Below are positions 1 through 9,917 of a stretch of 29,555 bases of DNA, piece after piece. The stretch lies in contig JAWBBW010000018.1 of NCBI GenBank assembly GCA_038824035.1, forward strand, positions 1-29,555, written 5' to 3'. The DNA comes from Desulfurococcaceae archaeon. Lineage in GTDB: Archaea > Thermoproteota > Thermoprotei_A > Sulfolobales > Desulfurococcaceae. Both the position numbers and the translations under genes were made by a program. Within the stretch, counting starts at the first letter, position 1. Every line of letters starts with the position of its first letter. The notes below the pieces were generated by a model, which was not told the origin of the DNA, did not search any database, and was given only the letters and a program-made list of their open reading frames with translations.

Positions 1-177
1 GGTATAGACTATAATGAAGATAAAAAAACGTTAATATTGAAAATGCCGGGTAAATACTTATCTCGAAGAAACCTCGGCTATGCAAAAATAGCGCTAGCCT
101 CCGATATCTTCGACTTAGTGAAAGAGCAAGTCGATGTGCTCATATATCATGAAGAATTAAGGAGGCCTGGTAGCTAA
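1..177 (+). CDS. 3' end of a CDS running into the window; probably the C-terminal domain of an archaeal long-type FKBP peptidyl-prolyl isomerase
   Basis: Frame 1 is open from base 1 to TAA at 175-177 (GIDYNEDKKTLILKMPGKYLSRRNLGYAKIALASDIFDLVKEQVDVLIYHEELRRPGS*). The product call rests on general resemblance and recalled crenarchaeal adjacency to egsA. Confidence 0.45.
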   Translation, partial: GIDYNEDKKTLILKMPGKYLSRRNLGYAKIALASDIFDLVKEQVDVLIYHEELRRPGS

Positions 178-212
178 CATAGCAGTCTTTACTGCTGATT
201 CACATTGAAACA

Positions 213-1283
213 TTAGATCACACCTGTTTCCCTGGCAACAGCATATGCTGCATCCCGTGTCAACCCATTTTCACCGAGAATAGTGTACCGTTCAGGCCTG
301 ATCTTATGAGCCATGGTCAAAGCCTCTATTATTTTATCGGGCTCTATATTCAGTTCATAAGCAGACGTTGGTAAACCTATTTTTTTCGCAATTCTCCTAA
401 CAAGTTTCCACCTTGGGTCCCCATATATGTACAGCATCATTATAGTGCCCAGAGCAACTTGCTCCCCATGAAGGGCCTTTCCCGGCGAAACAATATCCAA
501 TGCGTGGCTAAACAAGTGCTCACTGCCACTGGCAGGTCTACTAGAACCGGCAATGCACATCGCAACACCACTACTTATCAAAGCCTCCACTAAAATCCGG
601 ATCCCCTCTTCTGTGCCCTTGGCTATTATTTCATGGTATTTGATCACATGCTTGGCGCTCATTAACGCCAATTGAGCTGCGTACTCGCCGTAGTATTCGC
701 CTTTTAATCTATGCGAGAGCTCCCAATCCTTTACAGAAACCAATTTACCCAATAAATCACCTATTCCCGAGAGAATTAATCTACGAGGAGCGTTAGCTAT
801 TATTTTCGTGTCAGCTACTATAGCGTATGGAGTTCTAGTATACACACTGTATGGTTTTTCCACCCCCTTTAAACTCGCGAAAGGGCTCGCTATCCCATCG
901 TGGCTTGGAGCTAGTGGCACACTTATGACTTTAATGTCATTCTTGAATGCAACATACTTGGCTATGTCAATGGATTTACCTCCGCCTATGCCTATGACAA
1001 GTCCTATTTTCTTTTCCCTCGCATTATTTGCTATCTCATCTGCCGTAGATATGTGAGAATCCTCTACTTTCCATAGATAAACATCGTGTTCATTTATTAG
1101 CTCATTTTCAACGATTTTTCCACCTATATTATAAGTAGTAGCCCCTGTCACTATCCCTACTCTAGTGCTAATGCCTCTTGTTATTTCCTCCACAATATCT
1201 CTAACTCTATATATTGCGTGAGGACCTACGATGACTTTGAGTGGCAATATTATTTCATGGATCTTGTCCAAAGACTCACCCAT
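213..1283 (-). CDS. egsA: sn-glycerol-1-phosphate dehydrogenase [NAD(P)+]
   Basis: GGGKSIDIAK, SHDGIASP, GIGDLLGK, SSRPASGSEHLFSHALD, HGEQVALG and IRPERYTIL motifs typical of EgsA. Confidence 0.96.
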   Translation of the reverse strand: MGESLDKIHEIILPLKVIVGPHAIYRVRDIVEEITRGISTRVGIVTGATTYNIGGKIVENELINEHDVYLWKVEDSHISTADEIANNAREKKIGLVIGIGGGKSIDIAKYVAFKNDIKVISVPLAPSHDGIASPFASLKGVEKPYSVYTRTPYAIVADTKIIANAPRRLILSGIGDLLGKLVSVKDWELSHRLKGEYYGEYAAQLALMSAKHVIKYHEIIAKGTEEGIRILVEALISSGVAMCIAGSSRPASGSEHLFSHALDIVSPGKALHGEQVALGTIMMLYIYGDPRWKLVRRIAKKIGLPTSAYELNIEPDKIIEALTMAHKIRPERYTILGENGLTRDAAYAVARETGVI

Positions 1284-1350
1284 TGTTATGATTAATCATC
1301 ATTCTTTATTAACACGATTCCCATATAGCAATAACAAGGGGTGTTTCAGA

Positions 1351-1974
1351 ATGATGGAAAAAACAGTATCAAAGACCACTACTGTAGGGATAGTCATAAA
1401 AGACCACGTTATATTAGCAGCTGATAAAAGAGCCACAGCTGGCCCCATGGTATATCACAAAGCCGTTAAGAAAATAGCCAAGATAACCGATTATTCCGCG
1501 TTAACAATATCAGGCCTTGTAGCTGATGCACAATTTCTCATCGAAAACGCCAGATATTTCGCTAAACTATATGAGCTCAGGACATTGAAGCCTATTTCAC
1601 TGCGTTCCCTCGCAACACGGTTAGCATTAATACTCTCAATATATCTACGGCAAGCACCATTCATTGTCCAATTACTATTAGGTGGCCACGATCTCGGTGG
1701 CCCCGCTCTTTATTACATAGACCTCTATGGAACCATATCCACGGAGAAATACATGGCAACAGGTAGTGGTTCTCCACTAGCATTTGGAGTTTTGGAAAGT
1801 GAATATAGAGAAGACATGAGTGTTCAGGACGCTGTGAACCTGGCATTTAAAGCCATTGCAACAGCATTATTGAGGGATGGCTATAGTGGTGAAGGAGTAG
1901 ACATAGTCGTAATAGGGCCTGGGATTTACGAGGAAAAAACAATACCCATAAAGAGAACACCGGTTTCTTCATAG
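1351..1974 (+). CDS. psmB: 20S proteasome beta subunit (Thr1-containing, presumably catalytic)
   Basis: TTTVG N-terminus after a short propeptide, AADKRAT, K33 region (KKI), SGLVADAQ, GSGS and RDGYSG. Start moved to ATG 1351 (GGGGTG upstream); the longer ORF overlaps egsA. Confidence 0.95.
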   Translation: MMEKTVSKTTTVGIVIKDHVILAADKRATAGPMVYHKAVKKIAKITDYSALTISGLVADAQFLIENARYFAKLYELRTLKPISLRSLATRLALILSIYLRQAPFIVQLLLGGHDLGGPALYYIDLYGTISTEKYMATGSGSPLAFGVLESEYREDMSVQDAVNLAFKAIATALLRDGYSGEGVDIVVIGPGIYEEKTIPIKRTPVSS

Positions 1975-2032
1975 ATTCACTTCTACTACTTTCCTCATAG
2001 ATAAGCAATAGTGGATATCCGCGAAATCGAAT

Positions 2033-2048
2033 CGTAAACTTTAAAACC
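2033..2048 (+). promoter_or_regulatory. possible BRE/TATA box upstream of aCPSF1
   Basis: CGTAAACTTTAAAACC in the psmB-aCPSF1 spacer resembles an archaeal BRE plus TTTAWA. Confidence 0.35.
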
Positions 2049-2128
2049 CTTAATTTCTAATCCCAAAAAGGTATGACAATCAACAAGTAGATTCTCTTCA
2101 ACTGGATAATACCAGGAAGGGATCTTCT

Positions 2129-4072
2129 GTGAAGGTAAACAAAATGATCTTGGACAAGAACAAAATAGCGTTATTGAAAAGTATTATGGAAGAGATACCG
2201 CCGGAATTAGAGCTATCAAATATAGAGTTCGAGGGGCCTTCAGTAGTCATCTATATAAGAAATCGCCAGGCACTAGTGAAATATATGTTCTTGGCGCAAA
2301 ACATAGCTAAAAAAGTCCGTAAAAGAGTTCTATTAAGAGTTTCGAGCGATGCGAGGTTACCGCCAGAGGAGGCCAAGAAAAAAATAATAGAGTTAGCTCC
2401 AAAGGATGCCGTTATAGATCCCAACGGGATCTACTTCGATGAGGCCAGTGGAGAGGCATGGGTTAAAGTCGAAAAACCTGGTTATCTAGTTGGAAAAGGA
2501 AATATTATACGGCATTACATACTCGCTGAGACTGGTTGGAGAATTGTACCACAGAGGGCTTCTCCACTTGAATCGAGAACTCTCAAAGAAGTTATGAACA
2601 ATGTTCTTAGGCAAAGTGCCTATAGGTTAGAGTTCCTAAGAAGCCTTGGCGAAAGAATACATAGAGATGTGATATTCAAAAATAACTACGTGAGAATGAC
2701 CGCTCTAGGCGGGTTTAAAGAAGTGGGGAGATCAGCCATTCTCGTGGAAACACGTGAAAGTAAGATATTACTGGATTTTGGATTAAACACGGGCGCTCTC
2801 GACGATCCAAGCAGAGCGTATCCAATAATTGACTTAGATTCATTCAGACTCGACGAATTAGATGGAGTAATAATCACTCATGCACATTTAGATCATATAG
2901 GTCTTGTTCCATTACTATATAAGTATGGATATAGAGGGCCCGTATACGTTACACGGCCTACAAGAGAATTGGCAACAGTTATGTTAAAGGACCTTGTCGA
3001 GGTCTCGAGAAGATCTGGCAAATACTTGCCATTTAGTGAAAAGGACATTTCAACAATGGTGCTACATACGATCACGGTGGAGTATGACGAGGTCACAGAT
3101 GTTGCACCAGATATCAAACTGACAATGTATAATGCTGGACATATTCTCGGATCAGCCATTGTACACCTACATATAGGCATGGGGCTTTATAACGTAGTTT
3201 ACACAGGGGACTTTAAATACGCTGATTCGAGATTATTGAGTAGGGCGAATACCATATTCCCCCGTGTAGAGGCCGTGATCATGGAGGGGACTTACGGAGC
3301 CACTTTGCAGGAGAGCCGGGCTCAAGCCGAAAAACAGCTGATCGATATTATAAAGAGAACAGCGGAGAGAAATGGAGTGGTATTAATACCTGTGTTCGCC
3401 GTGGGCAGAGGGCAGGAGATCCTTCTCATACTTAACGAAGCCATGGAAAACAACATGATACCCGAATTAAACATATACGTGGAGGGCTTAGTCAACGAAG
3501 TAACAGCAATACATACGCAGTACCCTGAATATTTGAATAAAAACGTGAGAGATGCTATATATAATGGTGAGAACCCATTTGTTTTTGAAAATGTAAAAAT
3601 ATTGGAAACAGGTACAGCTAGGCCAGATATAGTGGAGGACAGACCATCTGTAATAATAGCTACAAGCGGTATGTTGACTGGGGGTCCTGCTGTAGATTAT
3701 CTGAGACTTCTAGCCAATGATCCGCGGAATTCTCTGGTATTTGTTGGCTATCAAGCCGAGGGCACACTTGGCAGGCGTATAAAGGATGGTTCCAAGGAAA
3801 TAACCGTAGTAACCGATAACAAAGTAGAAATAGTTAAGATCCAATTAGAGGTATATAGTATAGAGGGGTTCAGTGGTCACAGCGATCAACGTGAATTAAT
3901 GGCATATATAAGAGACATTAATCCTAAGCCAAAGAAAATCATAATAAATCACGGAGAGCAAAACGCACTACTAGCTTTAGCCACTTTATTTAGGAATAGC
4001 AAAGAGATAAGGCAATTCAAGCCAGAAATATACATACCATCCAACCTGGACTCGATAAATCTCACTGCATAG
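2129..4072 (+). CDS. fttA: beta-CASP ribonuclease aCPSF1 / transcription termination factor FttA
   Basis: N-terminal KH region (EFEGP, EKPGYLVGKG), LGGFKEVGRS, HAHLDH metallo-beta-lactamase motif, AGHILGSA, YTGD, PVFAVGRGQE, GFSGHSD and NHGE. The start may be ATG 2144. Confidence 0.95.
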   Translation: MKVNKMILDKNKIALLKSIMEEIPPELELSNIEFEGPSVVIYIRNRQALVKYMFLAQNIAKKVRKRVLLRVSSDARLPPEEAKKKIIELAPKDAVIDPNGIYFDEASGEAWVKVEKPGYLVGKGNIIRHYILAETGWRIVPQRASPLESRTLKEVMNNVLRQSAYRLEFLRSLGERIHRDVIFKNNYVRMTALGGFKEVGRSAILVETRESKILLDFGLNTGALDDPSRAYPIIDLDSFRLDELDGVIITHAHLDHIGLVPLLYKYGYRGPVYVTRPTRELATVMLKDLVEVSRRSGKYLPFSEKDISTMVLHTITVEYDEVTDVAPDIKLTMYNAGHILGSAIVHLHIGMGLYNVVYTGDFKYADSRLLSRANTIFPRVEAVIMEGTYGATLQESRAQAEKQLIDIIKRTAERNGVVLIPVFAVGRGQEILLILNEAMENNMIPELNIYVEGLVNEVTAIHTQYPEYLNKNVRDAIYNGENPFVFENVKILETGTARPDIVEDRPSVIIATSGMLTGGPAVDYLRLLANDPRNSLVFVGYQAEGTLGRRIKDGSKEITVVTDNKVEIVKIQLEVYSIEGFSGHSDQRELMAYIRDINPKPKKIIINHGEQNALLALATLFRNSKEIRQFKPEIYIPSNLDSINLTA

Positions 4073-4084
4073 TGGTGAGTAATC

Positions 4085-4630
4085 TTGGTTAAGAGAATAT
4101 TGTTTCCTGGCAGATTTCAGCCATTTCACAATGGTCATTTAAAAGTCCTCGAAGACTTATTAAAAGAATACGAAGAAGTGATCATTGCCGTGGGAAGCGC
4201 CCAAGAAGGGTTTACATGCAAAAACCCTTTCACTGGCGGCGAGAGAATGGAGATGATCAACGAATTGATCGTTAAAAGGGGATTTAAAAATAAGACGTGG
4301 ATCGTCCCTATTCCCGACATCAACATGCCCTTGGCCTGGACTACCCATGTATTATCCATGATCCCGCGTGTCGATGCAATTGCTTCTGGCAACCCCCATG
4401 TCATATATATATTTGAATGGCTCGGTATACCTCTGATTAAAATAAAGCTAATAGAACCAGAGAAATATTGTGGCACTTATATAAGGGAACTGATGATCGC
4501 TGGAGATGATAAGTGGCGTGAACTCGTTCCACCGGAAATAACTGAATATATAGATAAAATCAAAGGGGTTGAGAGAGTTAGGAGGGTTTGCAAAGATGAA
4601 CATACTGGAAATAGATGGCAGTATTGGTGA
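4085..4630 (+). CDS. nadM: nicotinamide-nucleotide adenylyltransferase
   Basis: PGRFQPFHNGH (HxGH), GSAQE, NPFTGGER and W..LVP. TTG start with GGTGAG RBS. Confidence 0.92.
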   Translation: MVKRILFPGRFQPFHNGHLKVLEDLLKEYEEVIIAVGSAQEGFTCKNPFTGGERMEMINELIVKRGFKNKTWIVPIPDINMPLAWTTHVLSMIPRVDAIASGNPHVIYIFEWLGIPLIKIKLIEPEKYCGTYIRELMIAGDDKWRELVPPEITEYIDKIKGVERVRRVCKDEHTGNRWQYW

Positions 4631-5666
4631 AGGAGGGGGCCAAATACTCAGATATGCATTAGCATTATCATCTATGATATTGCGGCCAGTTAGAATATTT
4701 AATATCAGAGCTAAGAGAGATAACCCAGGTCTACGTCCCCAGCACCTTACAGCTGTAAACGTGTTAAAAGAGTTAACTGATGCCGAGGTAGAGGGTGCAA
4801 GAGTTGGAAGTACCGAGCTTGTTTTCAAACCATGTAAATATAAATGCGGTGATTTCGAAGTCGACATAGGGACTGCCGGCAGCGTCTCGCTAGTTATACA
4901 GGCTATTTTACCGGTTTTATTATTTGGTAAATGTCGTTCCAGGATAATCCTAAAAGGAGGCACGAATGTGCAGTGGAGCCCTCCCATCGATTACATGATC
5001 CACGTGTTCTCCTATAACATAAAACATTTCGGAATAGACGCGGATATAAAATTGATCAGGAGAGGTCACTATCCCCGGGGAGGAGGTATAGTGGAATTAG
5101 CAGTGAGCCCTGTGAAAGAGCCCCTTAGATCAATAAATATTATTAAAAGAGGCAAACTACAGGGAATTCATATCATAAGTCATTGTGTTAAATTACCAAG
5201 ACATGTCGCCGAGAGACAAGCCGGAGCCGCGCTTAATATCCTCAAGAACATGCCTATAAAACCAAGCGTAATTATAGAAGCTTATCCAGCCGATAAAGAT
5301 CCCCATCTAGGTCCCGGTAGTGGTATATTGATCTATGCCGAAGCCGAGCCCGATATCAGACTAGGAGGGGACTCTATCGGCGAGAAAGGCAAGCCAGCGG
5401 AGAAAGTTGGCGAAGAAGCTGCCATTAGTCTAATAGAAGACCTCGAGACCGGGATGGCGTTTGATAGACACATGGGGGACATGTTGATCCCATATATGTT
5501 TCTGGCAAAGGGGAGAAGTGTGATCGGTGTTAGTAGAGTGACATCGCATCTATTGACTGCTATTGAGATATCAAAGATGTTTATGCCGAACTCTGAGGTT
5601 AAAGTGGAGGGCGAACTTAATAAGCCAGGCTTAGTGAAAATTACAGGCATCGGTTTCTACGCCTAA
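4596..5666 (+). CDS. rtcA: RNA 3'-terminal phosphate cyclase
   Basis: IDGSIGEGGGQILR, PGLRPQHL, GTAGSVSLVIQ, GGTNV, RGHYPRGGG and DRHMGDML (catalytic His). ATG 4596 has GGAGG upstream. Confidence 0.95.
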   Translation: MNILEIDGSIGEGGGQILRYALALSSMILRPVRIFNIRAKRDNPGLRPQHLTAVNVLKELTDAEVEGARVGSTELVFKPCKYKCGDFEVDIGTAGSVSLVIQAILPVLLFGKCRSRIILKGGTNVQWSPPIDYMIHVFSYNIKHFGIDADIKLIRRGHYPRGGGIVELAVSPVKEPLRSINIIKRGKLQGIHIISHCVKLPRHVAERQAGAALNILKNMPIKPSVIIEAYPADKDPHLGPGSGILIYAEAEPDIRLGGDSIGEKGKPAEKVGEEAAISLIEDLETGMAFDRHMGDMLIPYMFLAKGRSVIGVSRVTSHLLTAIEISKMFMPNSEVKVEGELNKPGLVKITGIGFYA

Positions 5667-6666
5667 ATATATCAACTATGTTTTCTCTGAGCAAATCTAA
5701 GTTATAACCAGTCATAGCTGATATTGGTATAGGTTTAATACCCGTTCTTCGCTCAATAATATCCATCACACGTTCTAATGCATTTAAGTCTACTAGATCA
5801 ACTTTATTTATAGCCAAAGTCACTGGTTTATCCCCTATAATGGTTTTCAACGATATGTAAACATTCAATTGCTCATCAATACTATAGTAAAAGAATGGGG
5901 TTGGCTCAAATAAGTACAACAAATGATCTGCAATGAATTTAACTGCCAGGATTGCTTTATATTCTATGATGTTTTTCTCCTCCAAGGGTGAATCAAGTAA
6001 TCCAGGGGAATCTATTATCACAATTTTACCACAAGGACCAAGATCTATGTGGCCAGCTATCAGTGTTTTAGTTGTAAATGGATATGTACCTATAACCGGT
6101 TTAGCACTTGTTAATTTTGATAAAAGCGTGGATTTGCCTACTTGAGGCATCCCTGCAATGACTACTACGTACTCACCTGATATACCAGGCATTCTAGATA
6201 TTTCTTTGAGAAATTCTTTGAGTACCGAGATTTTACTAGACAATCTTCTATATATCGATAATAATCTGCCAACACCTTCTTTGAAAACCACTATTAACTC
6301 GCTATCTCCGAGGCGCTTAGGGGAGTTCATTTTACTAATGGAGTCTTTATATATTTTATCAGCTATTCTCAGCGCTACTCGAATTCTATTAATTAACCAT
6401 AATGGTTCCTCTCCAGTATAGGCCTTATACAGTTCTCTGTAAAAATCGCTCGATGAGATCAAGGAAAGCGCTGAAATGATCTTTTTCAATTCATCAACGA
6501 TAATATCATATGTCAGCGAGAGCTTAGATTTTAAGACCTTGTATAAAGAATGGTTGCCCCCGGGTACGATGTGTTTTCTCATTTTAATGTTTACATATTG
6601 GTATAGTTCATCATAACTCTTTATATATATTTTGCGGAAAACGCTTGTCATCAGCTTGTCTTTCAC
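5641..6666 (-). CDS. NOG1-family (Obg-like) GTP-binding protein
   Basis: Helical N-terminal domain followed by GMPQVGKST, YPFTT, DSPGLLD, NKVD and ISA G-motifs. Confidence 0.85.
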   Translation of the reverse strand: MKDKLMTSVFRKIYIKSYDELYQYVNIKMRKHIVPGGNHSLYKVLKSKLSLTYDIIVDELKKIISALSLISSSDFYRELYKAYTGEEPLWLINRIRVALRIADKIYKDSISKMNSPKRLGDSELIVVFKEGVGRLLSIYRRLSSKISVLKEFLKEISRMPGISGEYVVVIAGMPQVGKSTLLSKLTSAKPVIGTYPFTTKTLIAGHIDLGPCGKIVIIDSPGLLDSPLEEKNIIEYKAILAVKFIADHLLYLFEPTPFFYYSIDEQLNVYISLKTIIGDKPVTLAINKVDLVDLNALERVMDIIERRTGIKPIPISAMTGYNLDLLRENIVDIFRRRNRCL

Positions 6667-6778
6667 TTTTATCCCTAATAGTAAAAGTTTTGTAAAAGAG
6701 TTTACATTTCTTAATCCTAATATACCGTTTAAAGCTAATTATCAGTCCATCAACTACATTAATCTAAACAATATTGGT

Positions 6779-7399
6779 TCAACCTATTTTAATCAATTTC
6801 AAAGAGCCATTTCCAGTTGTATTAGCCATGTTCATTATTTTCAACGCCAGGGAACATAGTCTTTTATAATTAGTATCGCTTATATTAAAGATCTCCATTA
6901 CTTTTTCCTTGTCAGGGAAACGACCTGTCCTCATTTTCTCCATGAAGATATATGCCAAAGCATACTTGCCCCTATCGCTTCTATTTAGGAAAGCTGGATT
7001 TATCTTTTCTATGATCTCCATGCCCTCTTTGATCACATCCCAATACCCCCTTTTCTCTATGTTTTCACATGCCTTTATCGAGGCTATTGACCTAATAGTT
7101 TTAACGAATCTCCTGTGCTCAAAGACCTTGGTATAATCGATCTCCAGCCATGGTTTATCTTTAACCATTCTCAAGCCCTTGTAATATAGATCTAACATGG
7201 TTCTATATTTTATCAAACCCCTTCTACTATATTGCCTAACTCGCTTAATTGTCAATAACTGGCTATTTTCATCTCGATTTCCATATATGTCTCCATGATC
7301 TAATATGATCTTGTCAAAAACGAGTCCACATCGCTCGCAGACAATTATACCTTCCCTGTAATCCCATATGAGCGCTCCACCACAATTATTACATTTCAA
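6779..7399 (-). CDS. TFIIB-type zinc-ribbon protein, truncated TFB (TFB3-like)
   Basis: N-terminal CNNC-x-WDYREGIIVCERCGLV ribbon. At 206 aa it lacks the two full cyclin repeats. Divergent from psmB, as recalled for crenarchaeal tfb3. Confidence 0.7.
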   Translation of the reverse strand: MKCNNCGGALIWDYREGIIVCERCGLVFDKIILDHGDIYGNRDENSQLLTIKRVRQYSRRGLIKYRTMLDLYYKGLRMVKDKPWLEIDYTKVFEHRRFVKTIRSIASIKACENIEKRGYWDVIKEGMEIIEKINPAFLNRSDRGKYALAYIFMEKMRTGRFPDKEKVMEIFNISDTNYKRLCSLALKIMNMANTTGNGSLKLIKIG

Positions 7400-7540
7400 T
7401 TCTTAACACCAATTGATTATCGAGCACCCACTCTTTTATCCAACCAAGTTATTTACAATGGGGTGAAAGGGGTTTCCGAAACTATCTTGAAACGAGTTTA
7501 TTATCCTTAAGAATTGTTTTATAAAGTAGTGGTGGTATCG

Positions 7541-8140
7541 ATGAGCGTGTTGCCTGGCACAGCTATTGGAATAAGAACCAAGGATAGTGTTGTATTGGCC
7601 ACGGAGAAAAGGCTTACATATGATGGATTTGTATTGAGTAGAAATGTGAGAAAAGTGTACCCAATTACCAATTTCGCTGGAGTGGCCTTTGCTGGATTAA
7701 TGGGCGATGTCAATTTTCTAGCCAGGTTATTAAAATTCGAAGCTAAATATTACGAGCTACAACACGGCAGAGAGATCAAGACACGTAGTCTCGCCAAATT
7801 ACTCTCAGTGATATTATACAACTACAAATTATTCCCAATGTTCACAGAGGTCATTGTAGGGGGGTATGATGAAGCACCTGTATTGTATATACTAGATCCT
7901 ATTGGGAGCATTATAGAGGAAAAATACGCCGCTGTAGGTTCCGGCGCACAGTTAGCACTTGGATATATAGAGCCTAGGTATAGAGAAGATTTGAGCCTAG
8001 AGGATGTGGAAAAACTCTGCATAGAAGCCATCAAGACTGTTATAGAGAGAGATGTGCTGTCCGGTGATGGCGTGGATATGATTGTATTGACCAAGACTGG
8101 TTTCAAAACCAAAGAGATCCTATTTAAACAAACTCAGTGA
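7541..8140 (+). CDS. psmB: 20S proteasome beta subunit, second paralogue lacking Thr1 (likely non-catalytic)
   Basis: LPGTAIGI aligns to TTTVGI with Gly at the Thr1 position. ATEKRLT, AGLMGD, GSGAQLA and RDVLSGDG are present. ATG 7541 follows GGTGGT. Confidence 0.92.
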   Translation: MSVLPGTAIGIRTKDSVVLATEKRLTYDGFVLSRNVRKVYPITNFAGVAFAGLMGDVNFLARLLKFEAKYYELQHGREIKTRSLAKLLSVILYNYKLFPMFTEVIVGGYDEAPVLYILDPIGSIIEEKYAAVGSGAQLALGYIEPRYREDLSLEDVEKLCIEAIKTVIERDVLSGDGVDMIVLTKTGFKTKEILFKQTQ

Positions 8141-8256
8141 ACTCGATCCTTGAATTTTACATCTAATTCACCTACATAATAATAAAAACAAAATAAATAC
8201 CAAAGCAATAATTTTATTCCTTGATATTTCAGCGATGCAATAAAATTTAAGAATAC

Positions 8257-8331
8257 GGGCCCGTCGCCTAGCCAGGATAGGGCGCCGGCCTGCGGAGCCG
8301 GAGGACCCGGGTTCAAATCCCGGCGGGCCCG
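8257..8331 (+). tRNA. tRNA-Arg(GCG), intronless, CCA not encoded
   Basis: GGGCCCG/CGGGCCC acceptor stem, D arm, anticodon arm CCGGC-CTGCGGA-GCCGG, T arm CCGGG-TTCAAAT-CCCGG and discriminator G. Confidence 0.97.
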
Positions 8332-9354
8332 TGATCTTTGTATTTGATCGCAGATTGCCTTGCATTCCGGCAGTAGAACTAAAAATACCTAAGATGTACA
8401 AGATAAAGATATATGACATGCATGTATAAGTGATTGGCTTCAGCAATAAAATTACCTGTTTCGAGTTTACTGAAACAATATCTTTTGAAAGGGGTTGTAT
8501 CGTTTAGAAAAGATGTCATATCGGAATTTTGATCATGTGCACACTAGGTATTATAACATGCCTCACATTGGTAAGATTAGATACATAAGACGATAGATCA
8601 TAATTCTATGCAGATTCAAGTGATCCTAAGTATAATTTTGAGATCATTGATCTAGTGTGGGTGGGTCCTTTGACTTGTGTGTAGTATAGGTGAACTCATT
8701 AGTTGATCTATATATGGATTTGGAAATGGTGTTTACATAGCCATCTGTGTAGTCGTTAAGACAGTGGTTTAGAGATCTAGCAAAGTCTCTTTCATTAAAA
8801 GCTCACAGTGTTTTGTTATCAAATTCCTTAGAGACATCTCGTGATTTTATCAATTTATTTCACAAAAATACTTGACAAACATTTTATAGTATCATCTTGA
8901 TCTAAACAAGTCGTTTACATGTGTATCACGTCTTCGCAATCAGTTTCCCATGAGCCAGGAACTACTGGTTCCCTCATATTCTACATATAATTCTTTTCTG
9001 AAAACAGGAAAACCTAGCTCTTTACTCGAACGTTCGATTTAAATTCTTCGAGTACCTTTAATGAATTAATTGAAGGCAAGAATTTAATTATAAGAACCCT
9101 GGCCAGCACTTATTATAAAATAACCATGATTTTTATCGATGTAATAGTCATGACTACGATATAGTGATGATACAAAGATCAATATTTCTATGTTTTTACT
9201 TTCTGCTATATTTAACACTAAGAACTCTCGGCTTTTACTAATATATCTTATCTCCCTGAATGCCGCGTCTCTTCAAATATCGGGCACTATAATTATCATG
9301 GCAATGTTCACTAAACTACGTAAAACCTCTCATTTTAATTAAATACTGCTTTAG

Positions 9355-9807
9355 TTATCCTAGTGTTATCGTTACTGGTGTCCGCTCAGTTATGTTATCG
9401 GAGACCGGGCAACGATCTTGGACATTTTTGATCAATTTCTCTAGCAAATCACGTGATATTTCGGACTTTATATTTATCTTAACTTTAATTTCTTTAAATC
9501 CTGCCCTTTCACCTTTACCTGTGTACAACTTTTCAGGGTTGAAGATACCTTCGACGCCTATTTCAAGATTCTCGATGCTAATACCCATCTCTTCAGCCAT
9601 TATATTTATAACTATATTAAAACATCCAGCTAATGAAGCTAGCAGGTATTCTAAAGGACTAGGCGCTTCTCCCCCTACTTTGTCAATAAATAACTTGAAA
9701 TTGCCTGATTCCACGCAGAAAAATGTTGGTTGCTTACCTTGAACTCGATAACCTTTTACTTTAAATACTACATCTTTGTATTGAACTTTACTCATTGTCC
9801 TCGCCAT
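9355..9807 (-). CDS. OsmC/Ohr-family protein
   Basis: GGEAPSPLEYLLASLAGC and RCPVSDNI two-Cys motifs. Confidence 0.88.
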   Translation of the reverse strand: MARTMSKVQYKDVVFKVKGYRVQGKQPTFFCVESGNFKLFIDKVGGEAPSPLEYLLASLAGCFNIVINIMAEEMGISIENLEIGVEGIFNPEKLYTGKGERAGFKEIKVKINIKSEISRDLLEKLIKNVQDRCPVSDNITERTPVTITLG

Positions 9808-9917
9808 ATAAAAGTATTTAACTATTTATTTTTAATTTATTTATCAATACAATAAACTAATATGAAAATCGTCGCCCTTTATATCACAATATAAAAATAA
9901 TAGTAGGTGTCAATTAA

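Noticed and set aside
8134-8446. Minus-strand ORFs of 60 and 92 aa
   Set aside because: They are antisense read-through of tRNA-Arg (GPPGFEPGSS is the typical artefact).
8915-9030. Minus-strand fragments resembling PVVPG (Zn-ADH) or ELGFPVF (RraA)
   Set aside because: They are only 5-7 residue matches in different frames with no supporting motifs.
9164-9260. GTGATGA C-box-like motif
   Set aside because: The nearest CTGA is ~90 nt away, too long for an archaeal C/D guide, and there are no internal boxes.
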